Translations under genes and position numbers: made by a program
Notes under the pieces: generated by a model
What the model was told of the DNA's origin: nothing
Databases searched by the model: none
Seen by the model: the letters and a program-made list of their open reading frames with translations, nothing else
Shown here: piece after piece, positions 26,926 to 35,954 of the stretch
Position numbering within the stretch: the first letter of the stretch is position 1
Layout of the letters: each line of letters starts with the position of its first letter
Virus record (IMG/VR): IMGVR_UViG_3300045988_172839
Coordinates: 128,001-192,000 of that record
DNA length: 64,000 nt
From: a virus
Direction: 5' to 3' (one strand)

Positions 26926-27077
26926 CCGTCAGCATTTAAAAGGAATTTCTAAATAAAAACCAAAAAATGAAAATTACCAATAAGCTAATTAAAGCCCCTT
27001 TTGTGTGGTCTTGCAAAGAAGACCACCAACGTTTGAAAAATCGAATCATCTTAAGGATACCCAACCTTTCTAACTAC

Positions 27078-27506
27078 TTAATTCCAACCGCTATCAGATT
27101 GAAACCAATCTTCATCTACTTCAACTTCGCTCACTGCGAGTTTTTCCTCTTGTTCTTCTCTCTTTAAATACTCCGACCTACGAACCCACAAGAAGTAACA
27201 GAAACCACAAATGAGTGCAAAGCAAATCAAAGTTAAGACCCACAAGAGAATTTCATTACTAGTGTAGCGGAACCAAAATTGCATAATGGTTCCTAACAAG
27301 ACCAAAATGAGCTTATAAAGAGTGAATAGCAAAGCCAAGGATACCGCTAGACCAATTAGACCAAAGACAAATAACCTAGTCTTTCTATGTCTCTTAAAAT
27401 AAGACACCAAACGCTTTAAAAAAGATTCTTTAGGTTGTTTGGTTTGGTGAGTATTTGATACCGAAAGAGAAGTTGGTTTAGAGGTTTTCTGTTTACGTTT
27501 AAACAT
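27078..27506 (-). CDS. membrane protein
   Basis: Basic N-terminus, three hydrophobic segments and an acidic C-terminal tail; 3-nt gap after the upstream gene. Confidence 0.7.
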   Translation of the reverse strand: MFKRKQKTSKPTSLSVSNTHQTKQPKESFLKRLVSYFKRHRKTRLFVFGLIGLAVSLALLFTLYKLILVLLGTIMQFWFRYTSNEILLWVLTLICFALICGFCYFLWVRRSEYLKREEQEEKLAVSEVEVDEDWFQSDSGWN

Positions 27507-27509
27507 CTG

Positions 27510-29372
27510 TTAATCCTCCAACTCAGCTTTCTTACGAGCTTCAAGCTCTTCTTTCGCCAAACGCTCAAGGGCTTTTTGGTCTGCTTGGGCTTTATTTTCT
27601 ACAAGTTTCTTCGTATTGCGCTCCATCTTACGTCCATACTGGTCGTAAATTTCATCCCCTAAAGCATTGATATAAACTGCTTCAAACTTGTGGTTAAAGG
27701 TCTTGCCCCACATCAAGTTCAAAGTCTTAGTTTCCTTAGTATTAAACCAATCGACCATCTCTGCAGTTCCACGTGCAGCAATTTTAGCACGTTCTTGGAG
27801 ACCATACATGTTGCCCGTTCTGTTAATTAAGTTTTGTTCTGGGTCGGCTAACGTAAACTCAGAATCAACCTCAATTTCTTTATCAGACAAGTTTTCTACT
27901 TGGAAGTGAACAGTACCTAAAACCAAATCAGAAACATTGGTAAAGCCTTTGTTCTTATCGTTAAAGGTTTGAACATCTTTAATAGCTTCATCACCCACTA
28001 ACACCTTAGTTACAGTTACTCGAACATCTTGGTAATTACCTGACGTGTCTTGCATTTTTGTAACAAACGGTGTGCCTAAAGTGACTGGATCATCATACTT
28101 TCCTGAACCGATATGAACATTGGTACTTTTCGCATCGCTTTCTTTACTTGCAATGTAAGTGGATCCGACCCACCCATAGGAAACAACTTTATCGAGGTTT
28201 TTCTCACCATTAGCATAAGTGTAAGGACTAGGCTCAACTTTTTTCAGCTCAAGCCATGAAGATACCGCACTATCGTAAGTTGGATTGTCTAACTTATCGA
28301 AAGTATTAGGGTTTTCAACATTTACTTGCTCTGTAGTACCCTTATCTGTTTTCTTGGTTTGTTTTACTTCACGTGCTTTCAAACCAAGGTAAGGGCGCAA
28401 GTTGTTGATATAAGTTGATAACTCTCTCTCTCTGGCAGACCACTCAGAATGAGCCTTACTTTCACTCTTTTCTCCGTAGCTATCCTCAGTTACACCCACA
28501 AAGAAATCTTGTGAAGTGTGCAATTTCTCAGCACTAAAGACTTCTTTATCAAGTGTAGTTGTGAACTCAGCAGTGAGCTTGTTGTCTGAGGATACCGCTC
28601 CTGCAACTTCAGTTGTTTTGTAAGGTTTTGGAATATCAGAACCTTGCATATATGAAGCTACATAAGCGTTTTTGTACTCTAACATATCTGCTAAATTTTG
28701 TGCGATATACTTAGCGTAAGCGTCTACTAAATCGTCTTTGTAAGTATAAGAGTCTTTCTTTAAGTCTTTTGTTAAAGCCTTGATTTTATCATGGTCTACA
28801 TGTTTTACAACCCAACCGACATATTCCCAGTTGGGAGACTTAATCGTAGCGTCAGAACCGTTTAATTCAACGGTTACTGCTTTAGAGACTGCACCTACAA
28901 AGTCAGTGCGTGAGGTGTTGGTGCTTACATAGGTCAAATTCAAATCCCATAAGGAAACACCGTTTGTCTCAGAAGTATCTGAAATCTCAGCCAAAGAAAA
29001 CTGTGATACACCACTTGAAATCTTATCTTGCAAATCCTTCAAAGCATCTTCTTTTGCTTTCTTTTCAATCGCTACCTTTTGGTTATGCTTATATACCAAA
29101 GTCGAACCCGCACCAATGATACCGAGAGTTGCTAGAACACCTAATGTTATCCACAACTTTTTATAGGACTTCTTAGGGGGTTCTTGTTGAGGGTTTTTAA
29201 AAGGTAAACCTCCACCTTGGTTAAAGTTAGAATTAAACCCACCACCTTGGAAACCGCCCTGAGAGGGTTGTTGACCTCCAAAACCACCTTGGGAGTTAGA
29301 ACCAAAGGAGCCGTTCCCTTTAGAGTTCGAACTAGAAGAACCCGAACCAAATAAATCTACTTGATCACTCAT
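27510..29372 (-). CDS. single-pass membrane protein with G/S/Q/N-rich N-terminus and a large extracytoplasmic domain
   Basis: N-terminus GSGSSSSNSKGNGSFGSNSQGGFGGQQPSQGGFQGGGFNSNFNQGG, TM segment LWITLGVLATLGIIGAGSTLVY, then about 520 aa of globular sequence. Confidence 0.75.
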   Translation of the reverse strand: MSDQVDLFGSGSSSSNSKGNGSFGSNSQGGFGGQQPSQGGFQGGGFNSNFNQGGGLPFKNPQQEPPKKSYKKLWITLGVLATLGIIGAGSTLVYKHNQKVAIEKKAKEDALKDLQDKISSGVSQFSLAEISDTSETNGVSLWDLNLTYVSTNTSRTDFVGAVSKAVTVELNGSDATIKSPNWEYVGWVVKHVDHDKIKALTKDLKKDSYTYKDDLVDAYAKYIAQNLADMLEYKNAYVASYMQGSDIPKPYKTTEVAGAVSSDNKLTAEFTTTLDKEVFSAEKLHTSQDFFVGVTEDSYGEKSESKAHSEWSARERELSTYINNLRPYLGLKAREVKQTKKTDKGTTEQVNVENPNTFDKLDNPTYDSAVSSWLELKKVEPSPYTYANGEKNLDKVVSYGWVGSTYIASKESDAKSTNVHIGSGKYDDPVTLGTPFVTKMQDTSGNYQDVRVTVTKVLVGDEAIKDVQTFNDKNKGFTNVSDLVLGTVHFQVENLSDKEIEVDSEFTLADPEQNLINRTGNMYGLQERAKIAARGTAEMVDWFNTKETKTLNLMWGKTFNHKFEAVYINALGDEIYDQYGRKMERNTKKLVENKAQADQKALERLAKEELEARKKAELED

Positions 29373-29390
29373 ACACTATCACCTCACTTT

Positions 29391-30200
29391 CTAATATCCA
29401 AATGCGTCCATTAGAGCTGATGTATTTACTAGAGGGTCAATTTGAGACTCAGTTGAAGAAACCTCTTCTGAATTAGTAGATACAGCTTGCGTAGGTTCTT
29501 CTACTAATTCAGTTAGTTTCTCATCTTTTTCTACAACCTCATTTTGAGGCTCTGTCGCGCCCTCTGGTGCATTTTCTTGCTCTTGGGGTGTACTTGTATT
29601 CTCAATCGTCTCAACTGCAACTAATGGCTCTGTGGGAGCTTCTGATATAGGTTGTTCAACACCTAAATTATTAGACTTAGTAGATAGAATTTCATGAACC
29701 ATACTTGCTACCAAATCTTTTAAATCCATAGGATTTACAGTTTGACCAACCTCAGAAAGTGTTGATACCCATTGAGGTGTATGTTCTCCCTCACTAGTGT
29801 TATTTGTAGTTGAACCTTTCTCAACTAGTTCCAAACCTAAATCATCTAGCAAATCTAACAAAGCCGATTTAACATCAACCAAAGGCATATCAAGACCACC
29901 AAAGTGCTTAATTTCAGCACTTCGAAGAGTGGATACCCAATCTGCAAAAGGTTCTTCAATCTTTAAGGCTAACCACTTCTCATACAAATTTGCTTGAATG
30001 GTAGACTGCTGCAAGTCATTATAAGCCACAGACTGGTCAGACAAACCAAGCAAGAACTGAGTGGTGGAGACCCTATCTTGAAGCAAAGCATTTAACAACA
30101 ACGAAATATAACTACTTAATTTCTTCTCTGTACGGAGGACTCCAACCAAGTTTGATTGTTCCTCAGTTACACGTACAGACAACGTTTCTCTCAAACTCAA
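29391..30200 (-). CDS. ribbon-helix-helix-like DNA-binding protein with a long acidic tail (ParR-like adaptor candidate)
   Basis: TTG start at 30200 overlaps the upstream TGA (ATTTGA) and follows GGAGG by 7 nt. N-terminus LSVRVTEEQSNLVGVLRTEKKLSSYISLLLNALL fits a beta-strand-helix-helix pattern. Confidence 0.45.
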   Translation of the reverse strand: MSLRETLSVRVTEEQSNLVGVLRTEKKLSSYISLLLNALLQDRVSTTQFLLGLSDQSVAYNDLQQSTIQANLYEKWLALKIEEPFADWVSTLRSAEIKHFGGLDMPLVDVKSALLDLLDDLGLELVEKGSTTNNTSEGEHTPQWVSTLSEVGQTVNPMDLKDLVASMVHEILSTKSNNLGVEQPISEAPTEPLVAVETIENTSTPQEQENAPEGATEPQNEVVEKDEKLTELVEEPTQAVSTNSEEVSSTESQIDPLVNTSALMDAFGY

Positions 30201-31591
30201 ATCGACACCTCCTCTACAAAACCTTCGTGTTGTCGAACCACACGTGACCAAGAACGCTCACTCAATGGACTACCTGAACGCAAGACCTTTGCTTGTTTAT
30301 CCAAACGACTTAGAAACTCAAAGACACCTCGGTTTGTTTCCAAACCCAAGTACAAAACAACTGGACGATTTAGACGAGCTAAATCATCAAACTTACGTTC
30401 CCAATCCACTTCTGACAAAACATTTACTGGAAGTAATGCGTTTGGAGAAGTCAACAAGTCAAGACCGTCAGCTACTCTCAGTTTAATCTCATCATAAGGA
30501 GAATAAAGAGAACGAATGTTTTGCTCTCCTAACAACCACTTAGCCACACGGTTGCGCTTAGTGATACGAACTAAAGTATCCATAATACTCTCTGGAGACA
30601 AGTCAATCACAAGAGTGTCTTTCATGTTTACTAACAGGTATTGGTAAGACGGAACTAAATCTAAACTGGAAGCCGTCACATAAATTTCTACATTCCTTGG
30701 AACACTCAAAGGAGTTGTTGGAACAACTGCACTCTCTTTAAGTTTCGCTTTCAAGTCCTCATTTGCAACCTCTAACTTAGCAAACTCTATCTTCTTGTTA
30801 TCAAAATCAGTCTCAACTAACTGCAAAGTCTCTTTAGTACGATTATGTGAGTTACGCTCATTTTCAAGTTCTGCTTTAGTTAAATCCAAGTCCTCTTTCA
30901 AATTTTGAAGTTGCTCTGAGGATACCCCTAAACCTTGATTTGTGTTAGCAGTTTTCAAATCTCTACGCAAGCGCTCATTATCCGCCCGCAAGAATTGAAC
31001 CTCATCTTCAAGAGTGAGACCAAACCCATCATCTACTGGTAAAGGAGTCTCTTCTTGAATTGGTTCAACCAAAGGGGTTTCTTCTACTTGTGTAAAACCA
31101 CTAGAAGGTTCAACTGTTTCCATTTTGGAAACAACTGGAGTTGCCCCATATTGTGGGGTTAGTGGGGATACCGCTTGAGAATGTGGAGAGTAAGTTGTGT
31201 TCTCCTTATTTAGTTGAGCGTTTTGTGTTGGTGGAGTTGGAGTTGGAGGAGGTGCGACCTCCTCTTTCTTAGGTGGAGCCGTTAAAGACTCCCCTAATTC
31301 GCTCTCCAGCAACAATATCAATTCATCCGCAGTTGTAATCACGTGCGCTCTGTCTGGTCCCACCGTGTCGCGCACTGTAGCATTTGCATCTAATTTAACC
31401 TTTTCATCAGCAGTTAATAAGAACCCTGCCGTGCTAATTTTCTTAGCGTGACTTCTTGCTGATAAAGGTTGAAACTTTGAACCTCCTGAAACAAATCGAA
31501 TATCCGTTCTATGCGCTCTGAGAAGTAAATTCTCAACCTCTGAAATAATCGACTTGCTCAGTTCAAAGTAGTAATAGTCAAAATCTGACAT
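30197..31591 (-). CDS. hypothetical protein with Pro-rich linker and coiled coil
   Basis: APPKKEEVAPPPTPTPPTQ linker; heptad-like LRADNERLRRDLK...LTKAELENERNSHNRTKETLQLVE; downstream of the actin-like gene. Confidence 0.7.
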   Translation of the reverse strand: MSDFDYYYFELSKSIISEVENLLLRAHRTDIRFVSGGSKFQPLSARSHAKKISTAGFLLTADEKVKLDANATVRDTVGPDRAHVITTADELILLLESELGESLTAPPKKEEVAPPPTPTPPTQNAQLNKENTTYSPHSQAVSPLTPQYGATPVVSKMETVEPSSGFTQVEETPLVEPIQEETPLPVDDGFGLTLEDEVQFLRADNERLRRDLKTANTNQGLGVSSEQLQNLKEDLDLTKAELENERNSHNRTKETLQLVETDFDNKKIEFAKLEVANEDLKAKLKESAVVPTTPLSVPRNVEIYVTASSLDLVPSYQYLLVNMKDTLVIDLSPESIMDTLVRITKRNRVAKWLLGEQNIRSLYSPYDEIKLRVADGLDLLTSPNALLPVNVLSEVDWERKFDDLARLNRPVVLYLGLETNRGVFEFLSRLDKQAKVLRSGSPLSERSWSRVVRQHEGFVEEVSI

Positions 31592-31627
31592 GTTTCTACC
31601 TCATCAAATTCTATTTACCCTATTTTA

Positions 31628-32851
31628 TTAAGCTTTTTGAGTCTTTTGTGCCAATGAAAAGGCAGTCATCAATCCTAAAATGTTCAAGTAACGTGGGCTT
31701 GTAAGGTCAAACGGGATACCCTCAATCTCTGGTTCTTCAAGGTATTGCAAGTCTACTAAGTCCAATGTTGGGAGTTCGAGTTGCAATTCAGACAAGAGCG
31801 CTTCAGAAATAGTGACTGTTGAACCGTTTGGAACAACACCACCTCCTACAAGTAAAAGACGGTCAAATGAAGAAACCTCTACTTCTGCTCCTCGCAAGTA
31901 AGTAAATACTTCTTGTGCAATATCGGATGCTACCGAATAAATCGCTTGTTCGACATCTTCTCGAACTTTGTGAGTTGTTGAACCATAGCGTACTTCACAC
32001 GTTTTTAGAACATCTTTAAAACTTGCAATCGGAATATCTAAGCCCAAACGTTTATTTACAGAAGCTCTCACCTTACTCAAAATAGTTGAACCCCCAATCT
32101 TAATGGTGTGTTTCAGACCATCAAGTAGTCTTTGACTGGATACCCCAATTAAATCTGTAGTGCCTTCTCCAAAGTCAATAATCAATACATTTCGAGAAGC
32201 TAAGTCTTCGTAGTGTGGGCGAGGGTTCAAATCTCCATAACTCAAGAATACTGAGTAGAATGAAGAATACCCTTCTGGGAAAACTTTAACGGACTTAACG
32301 GTTAAATTAAACTCAGCCCCATCATATAAGTTCTTATAAGTGAAGGTGCGAACTAAGTTCTGTTCAAAAGTTTCACGTGCGGAAACTGCTTGTGCTGGTG
32401 GAACCAAGACTGCAAACTCAAACTCAACTTCTTTCGACAAAGCTTGTTTTGTGCTTGAAGGATACACCATGTTTACCCAATCCAAAACCTTATCCATTAA
32501 GTTAATCAATACAACATAGTTTAGTAAATGATCTGCTTTTGCTAAGTGACTAACTGGTGTTTTTAGTTTCTTAGGTAAGTTTGCAGTCGCTAAGTCACCC
32601 CACATTACCAACTTTTCATGTTTAATTGCTCCTACTTGTAGAGAAACCTCAAGAACATTGGAGTCTAACTTGTTAAAGTCCTCAGACTGAATATAAGAAG
32701 AGTAAGTTTCCTTAGTTGCTAAGTTCTCCACTACAAAGTGGTTATCAAGCAAATAACCGCGAGTGTGTTTGACGATACCCTCTTCCACAATCTGCGCTAC
32801 TGCGCGTGTTTCTGAGTTTCCTAAATCAACCATCAATTTTACTTGTGTCAT
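31628..32851 (-). CDS. actin-like ATPase (ParM/Alp family)
   Basis: MVDLGNSETR (phosphate 1), LIIDFGEGTTDL (phosphate 2) and LLLVGGGVV (adenosine motif), in the right order and spacing for the actin/ParM fold. Confidence 0.75.
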   Translation of the reverse strand: MTQVKLMVDLGNSETRAVAQIVEEGIVKHTRGYLLDNHFVVENLATKETYSSYIQSEDFNKLDSNVLEVSLQVGAIKHEKLVMWGDLATANLPKKLKTPVSHLAKADHLLNYVVLINLMDKVLDWVNMVYPSSTKQALSKEVEFEFAVLVPPAQAVSARETFEQNLVRTFTYKNLYDGAEFNLTVKSVKVFPEGYSSFYSVFLSYGDLNPRPHYEDLASRNVLIIDFGEGTTDLIGVSSQRLLDGLKHTIKIGGSTILSKVRASVNKRLGLDIPIASFKDVLKTCEVRYGSTTHKVREDVEQAIYSVASDIAQEVFTYLRGAEVEVSSFDRLLLVGGGVVPNGSTVTISEALLSELQLELPTLDLVDLQYLEEPEIEGIPFDLTSPRYLNILGLMTAFSLAQKTQKA

Positions 32852-32934
32852 TTTTACACCATATTCTTTCTATTTCTTGTTTTATGAAAATAAGCCTTAA
32901 ATTCAAAGGGAATTTTCAAAAATTTGAAAATAAC

Positions 32935-34494
32935 CTATTTTCTCAATATCAATTTCAATTCATCACCATATAAATAAGGCACAATCAAAGCGTTTTTAGG
33001 GTTCAATTCCTTGTCGAAGGAGTCCACAAACATGCCGTCCACTTCGTAACCCCTCTTTTTAGCGGTTTCTGTAAAAGTAGAATAAGCTAAACCGCTATAT
33101 GAGATAGAATGGAAGTGAGAACTCAATAAAAACTCGTTTTCATAAGCTAGTTCTCTTAACTTATCAAAATTCGCTAACAAATTAGACATAACATGAATGT
33201 TCAAACCTTGTTGAGTTGCACCTTGTTCGAGGATACCGAGTTCTTTATCAAGTGAAGGGAAGTGAATAGAACCTTGCACCGAAACCAAACCAAATGCTCC
33301 TTTATGACCTTGTGCATCAAAGTTATGATGTTCAAAGAAGTCTCTATACTCCAAATCGGAATGGAAACCACGAACAGAACCTCTAAGCCAGTTACCGTTC
33401 TCAACTGCTGCAATCAAAACAGTTTTCCCTAAATCGCGCAAATACTGGTTCGCAATCAAACCAAGGAAAGAAGTGTACTTAAAGTTGTACTCTTTCGAGT
33501 CTGAAGTCTCTGGTATTTCTGCTACATCAATAGCCAAAATAACCAAGTTTTCAAGCTCAGTAACCTTCAAGTAGTCCTTCATGTGGTTCAAAATACGAGT
33601 CCGAATGGTTTTAGCTGGTAAAGAGTAAAAGAAATCTGTTTGGATACACAATCGGAACAAATACTCGCTCAAATTAAGTTGATAAGAAGCGTTAATGTAA
33701 GGAGACAAACTAAAGTCCACAAACGTTCTATCTAACTTTTCGGGATACCGCTGAAAAGCAGTAGGTACTTCTGCTTGGCACACCTGAGTGAGTTTTCGAA
33801 GTGTTGGCATCTCTAACAAAGGAGTTTCAAATGTAACCTTTAAAATCTCTCTTGCTAAAGAGTTTTCAATATCTCGTACATCAGAAAGCAAAGTGACTCC
33901 GTGCATAGCTACCCACTCTGTCTCAATCTCAACCTCTAAAATCTTAGATAGAGCGTTTAAAACAACACCTGTTCCTGACCAAAATCTTAATTCTTCTGGT
34001 TCAAAATCATACTGATTATTGATTAAAACCGCTTCGCCAATGAGGGATACCCCATCCCCTGTTTCCTCTGTGGTAGACCAATATTGTTGGTTGGGAAACA
34101 AAGGATTACTCTCAACCTCATGGTGGTCTAAGCTAATCACAAAGTTCCCTTGGGAAGTCAACTGCAACATTTCCTCTGCCGAAATAGAAGAGTCCACATT
34201 GATAATGATTTCATTTTGGTGGTACTCTGTAGGGATATAGTAGTCAAATTCACCCCAACTGCGCTCTTTCTTGACGAGTTCTTCTTCGACCATGCCGTGT
34301 CTTCTATCTGTGTTGACACACGAATGGAAAGAATATCCTGCTTTCTGCAACATCTTAGCACCTACGTACCAAGCTAAGAGACCATCAACGTCCGGGTCGC
34401 CTTTAAGGACTATAGGGTAACCACGTGCTAAACCATTTGCCAATACTTGTTTAGCTAAGTCAACACCCTTTAGTGTGTAGTTTTGTAAGTCCAA
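32935..34494 (-). CDS. DHH-family phosphoesterase (RecJ/NrnA-like)
   Basis: KGDPDVDG (motif I/II), SLDHHE (DHH motif III) and AQGHKGAFG (DHHA1 GGH-type motif). Confidence 0.7.
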   Translation of the reverse strand: MDLQNYTLKGVDLAKQVLANGLARGYPIVLKGDPDVDGLLAWYVGAKMLQKAGYSFHSCVNTDRRHGMVEEELVKKERSWGEFDYYIPTEYHQNEIIINVDSSISAEEMLQLTSQGNFVISLDHHEVESNPLFPNQQYWSTTEETGDGVSLIGEAVLINNQYDFEPEELRFWSGTGVVLNALSKILEVEIETEWVAMHGVTLLSDVRDIENSLAREILKVTFETPLLEMPTLRKLTQVCQAEVPTAFQRYPEKLDRTFVDFSLSPYINASYQLNLSEYLFRLCIQTDFFYSLPAKTIRTRILNHMKDYLKVTELENLVILAIDVAEIPETSDSKEYNFKYTSFLGLIANQYLRDLGKTVLIAAVENGNWLRGSVRGFHSDLEYRDFFEHHNFDAQGHKGAFGLVSVQGSIHFPSLDKELGILEQGATQQGLNIHVMSNLLANFDKLRELAYENEFLLSSHFHSISYSGLAYSTFTETAKKRGYEVDGMFVDSFDKELNPKNALIVPYLYGDELKLILRK

Positions 34495-34530
34495 TCGTCT
34501 AAACTACTCCTTTCCGAGTTTAATAAGACT

Positions 34531-34559
34531 ATTATAGCAGATTTTAAAGGGTTTTGCAA
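34531..34559 (-). promoter_or_regulatory. sigma-A-type promoter TTGCAA-17-TATAAT of the DHH/actin-like operon
   Basis: attata at 34531-34536 and ttgcaa at 34554-34559, 17-nt spacer; AAAGGAG RBS downstream. Confidence 0.75.
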
Positions 34560-34563
34560 ATCT

Positions 34564-34707
34564 TATGACAACTGTATGACAAGAAAAATAAAGGTAAGAC
34601 AGAAAAGGAAAATGTTAGGACGAAAACAAATTAAGATGAGCCAAAATAAGGAGGAGATGAGACAAATTTAAATTAAAGTAAGACTAAATAAATTAAGTTT
34701 GAGACAA
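34564..34707. repeat. iteron array, 8 copies of TRRGACAA-like octamer, six in exact 21-bp register
   Basis: TATGACAA at 34564 and 34575; TAAGACAG 34595; TAGGACGA 34616; TGAGCCAA 34637; TGAGACAA 34658; TAAGACTA 34679; TGAGACAA 34700. Confidence 0.8.
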
Positions 34708-34710
34708 AAG

Positions 34711-34731
34711 AAAAACCTCACCGAAGTGAGG
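34711..34731 (-). terminator. rho-independent terminator
   Basis: cctcac-cgaa-gtgagg plus a U-run on the minus strand, 3' of gene 34748..35047. A GATACC copy abuts it at 34731-34736. Confidence 0.75.
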
Positions 34732-34747
34732 ATACCGCTGAGTGAGT

Positions 34748-35047
34748 TTACTCAGACCAAATTACAATGCTATCATTTCTAACAAAGACATGAAGAAGAC
34801 CACCATCAAAAAGCTCAGATAAGTCGCTCTTTATTTTATTCGGAGAATTGAACTCAAAAGAATGAGAACCCCACTCATCCTCTGTGTTTGTTGCAGAAAC
34901 CTCTAAAAAACCATGAGTATAATATCCTCTGGAGGTTTCCTTAGAAGACTGAGGAAATGTAATCTCAATATCCCAAACTCTGTAATTTTTAAAGTGAGTT
35001 GAAATAAACTCACTAAGTAAAGGCAAAAAAGTGCTTGTATCTTTCAT
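34748..35047 (-). CDS. hypothetical protein
   Basis: ORF track. Confidence 0.65.
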   Translation of the reverse strand: MKDTSTFLPLLSEFISTHFKNYRVWDIEITFPQSSKETSRGYYTHGFLEVSATNTEDEWGSHSFEFNSPNKIKSDLSELFDGGLLHVFVRNDSIVIWSE

Positions 35048-35106
35048 TTATCTACCTACTATCTTTCTAATTTTCCAATGAACATGAGGTGTTCCATAAG
35101 ACTACC

Positions 35107-35664
35107 TCAATAATATCTTCTTAACTCTTCTTGGTGTTTCTCAAAGTATTCACGTAACCAGTCCATACCGTAAGCTCTACTGAAACCTTCTAAAATGTAA
35201 GCAAAATCTACGGTATTAAAACCAGTTTTCTCCAAAAACTTAAATAAAACAATAGGAGACTGCAGTTCTCTATATCTGATAATGTCACCTACATCTTTCA
35301 AATCTTGCTCACGTGCGCTTGTTAGTTTCATTCCTAAAAGGTAGTCTAGTGAAACTGTGTAGACCGTTAAGTTTTCAAAGGAATACAAAACCTCACAAAA
35401 TTCAAATGGAGGTCGTGGATTTAAGTTCGCAACGCTATTGTTTAACCAAACATCCTCAGAAGTATTCAAACCTAGTTGTTGTCCGACTCGGTAAATGACC
35501 TCGTTTATTTTAGGTGTTTCAATGTAAAAAGCATCTATGTCTTGAGTGGTTCTGAATCCATGTTGCTCCAAAACAAAACCCCCAACGCAAATAAGAGCTA
35601 AATTAAGACCTTCATTTGCTAATTCTTCATTCAATAGCTCAAAAGCAACTTGTCTTCTATCCAA
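35107..35664 (-). CDS. nucleotidyltransferase-fold protein (MNT/AbiEii-like)
   Basis: LALICVGGFVLEQHGFRTTQDIDAFY fits the GG...R.T.DID nucleotidyltransferase signature. TTG start follows GGAGGA by 8 nt. Confidence 0.5.
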   Translation of the reverse strand: MDRRQVAFELLNEELANEGLNLALICVGGFVLEQHGFRTTQDIDAFYIETPKINEVIYRVGQQLGLNTSEDVWLNNSVANLNPRPPFEFCEVLYSFENLTVYTVSLDYLLGMKLTSAREQDLKDVGDIIRYRELQSPIVLFKFLEKTGFNTVDFAYILEGFSRAYGMDWLREYFEKHQEELRRYY

Positions 35665-35941
35665 ACTTGAAATCCTCCATCAACTTCTTTACTTCTTCAA
35701 CATTTGCCGATTTATTCAAGGATACCACGTGTTCATGAGTTGGAGAATCTTGTTGTACTGCAAATTCTAAACTGACCTTTTGAAAAGCAGTCAACTCATT
35801 AGAAGTAAGTAACTTTTCAATATCCTCATCAGTTAAATAAGTGTAGTCTTCAAAAATCACTTTTCTTAGGTAGCGAAACCAATGGCGAGCATTATGTCGA
35901 GACTGTTTGGCTGTGTTTATCATAAAGTCGTACCAAGTCAT
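35657..35941 (-). CDS. hypothetical protein, 8-nt overlap with the NTase gene
   Basis: ORF track; overlap suggests translational coupling with 35107..35664. Confidence 0.6.
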   Translation of the reverse strand: MTWYDFMINTAKQSRHNARHWFRYLRKVIFEDYTYLTDEDIEKLLTSNELTAFQKVSLEFAVQQDSPTHEHVVSLNKSANVEEVKKLMEDFKFG

Positions 35942-35954
35942 GTTCTGTAAATCC

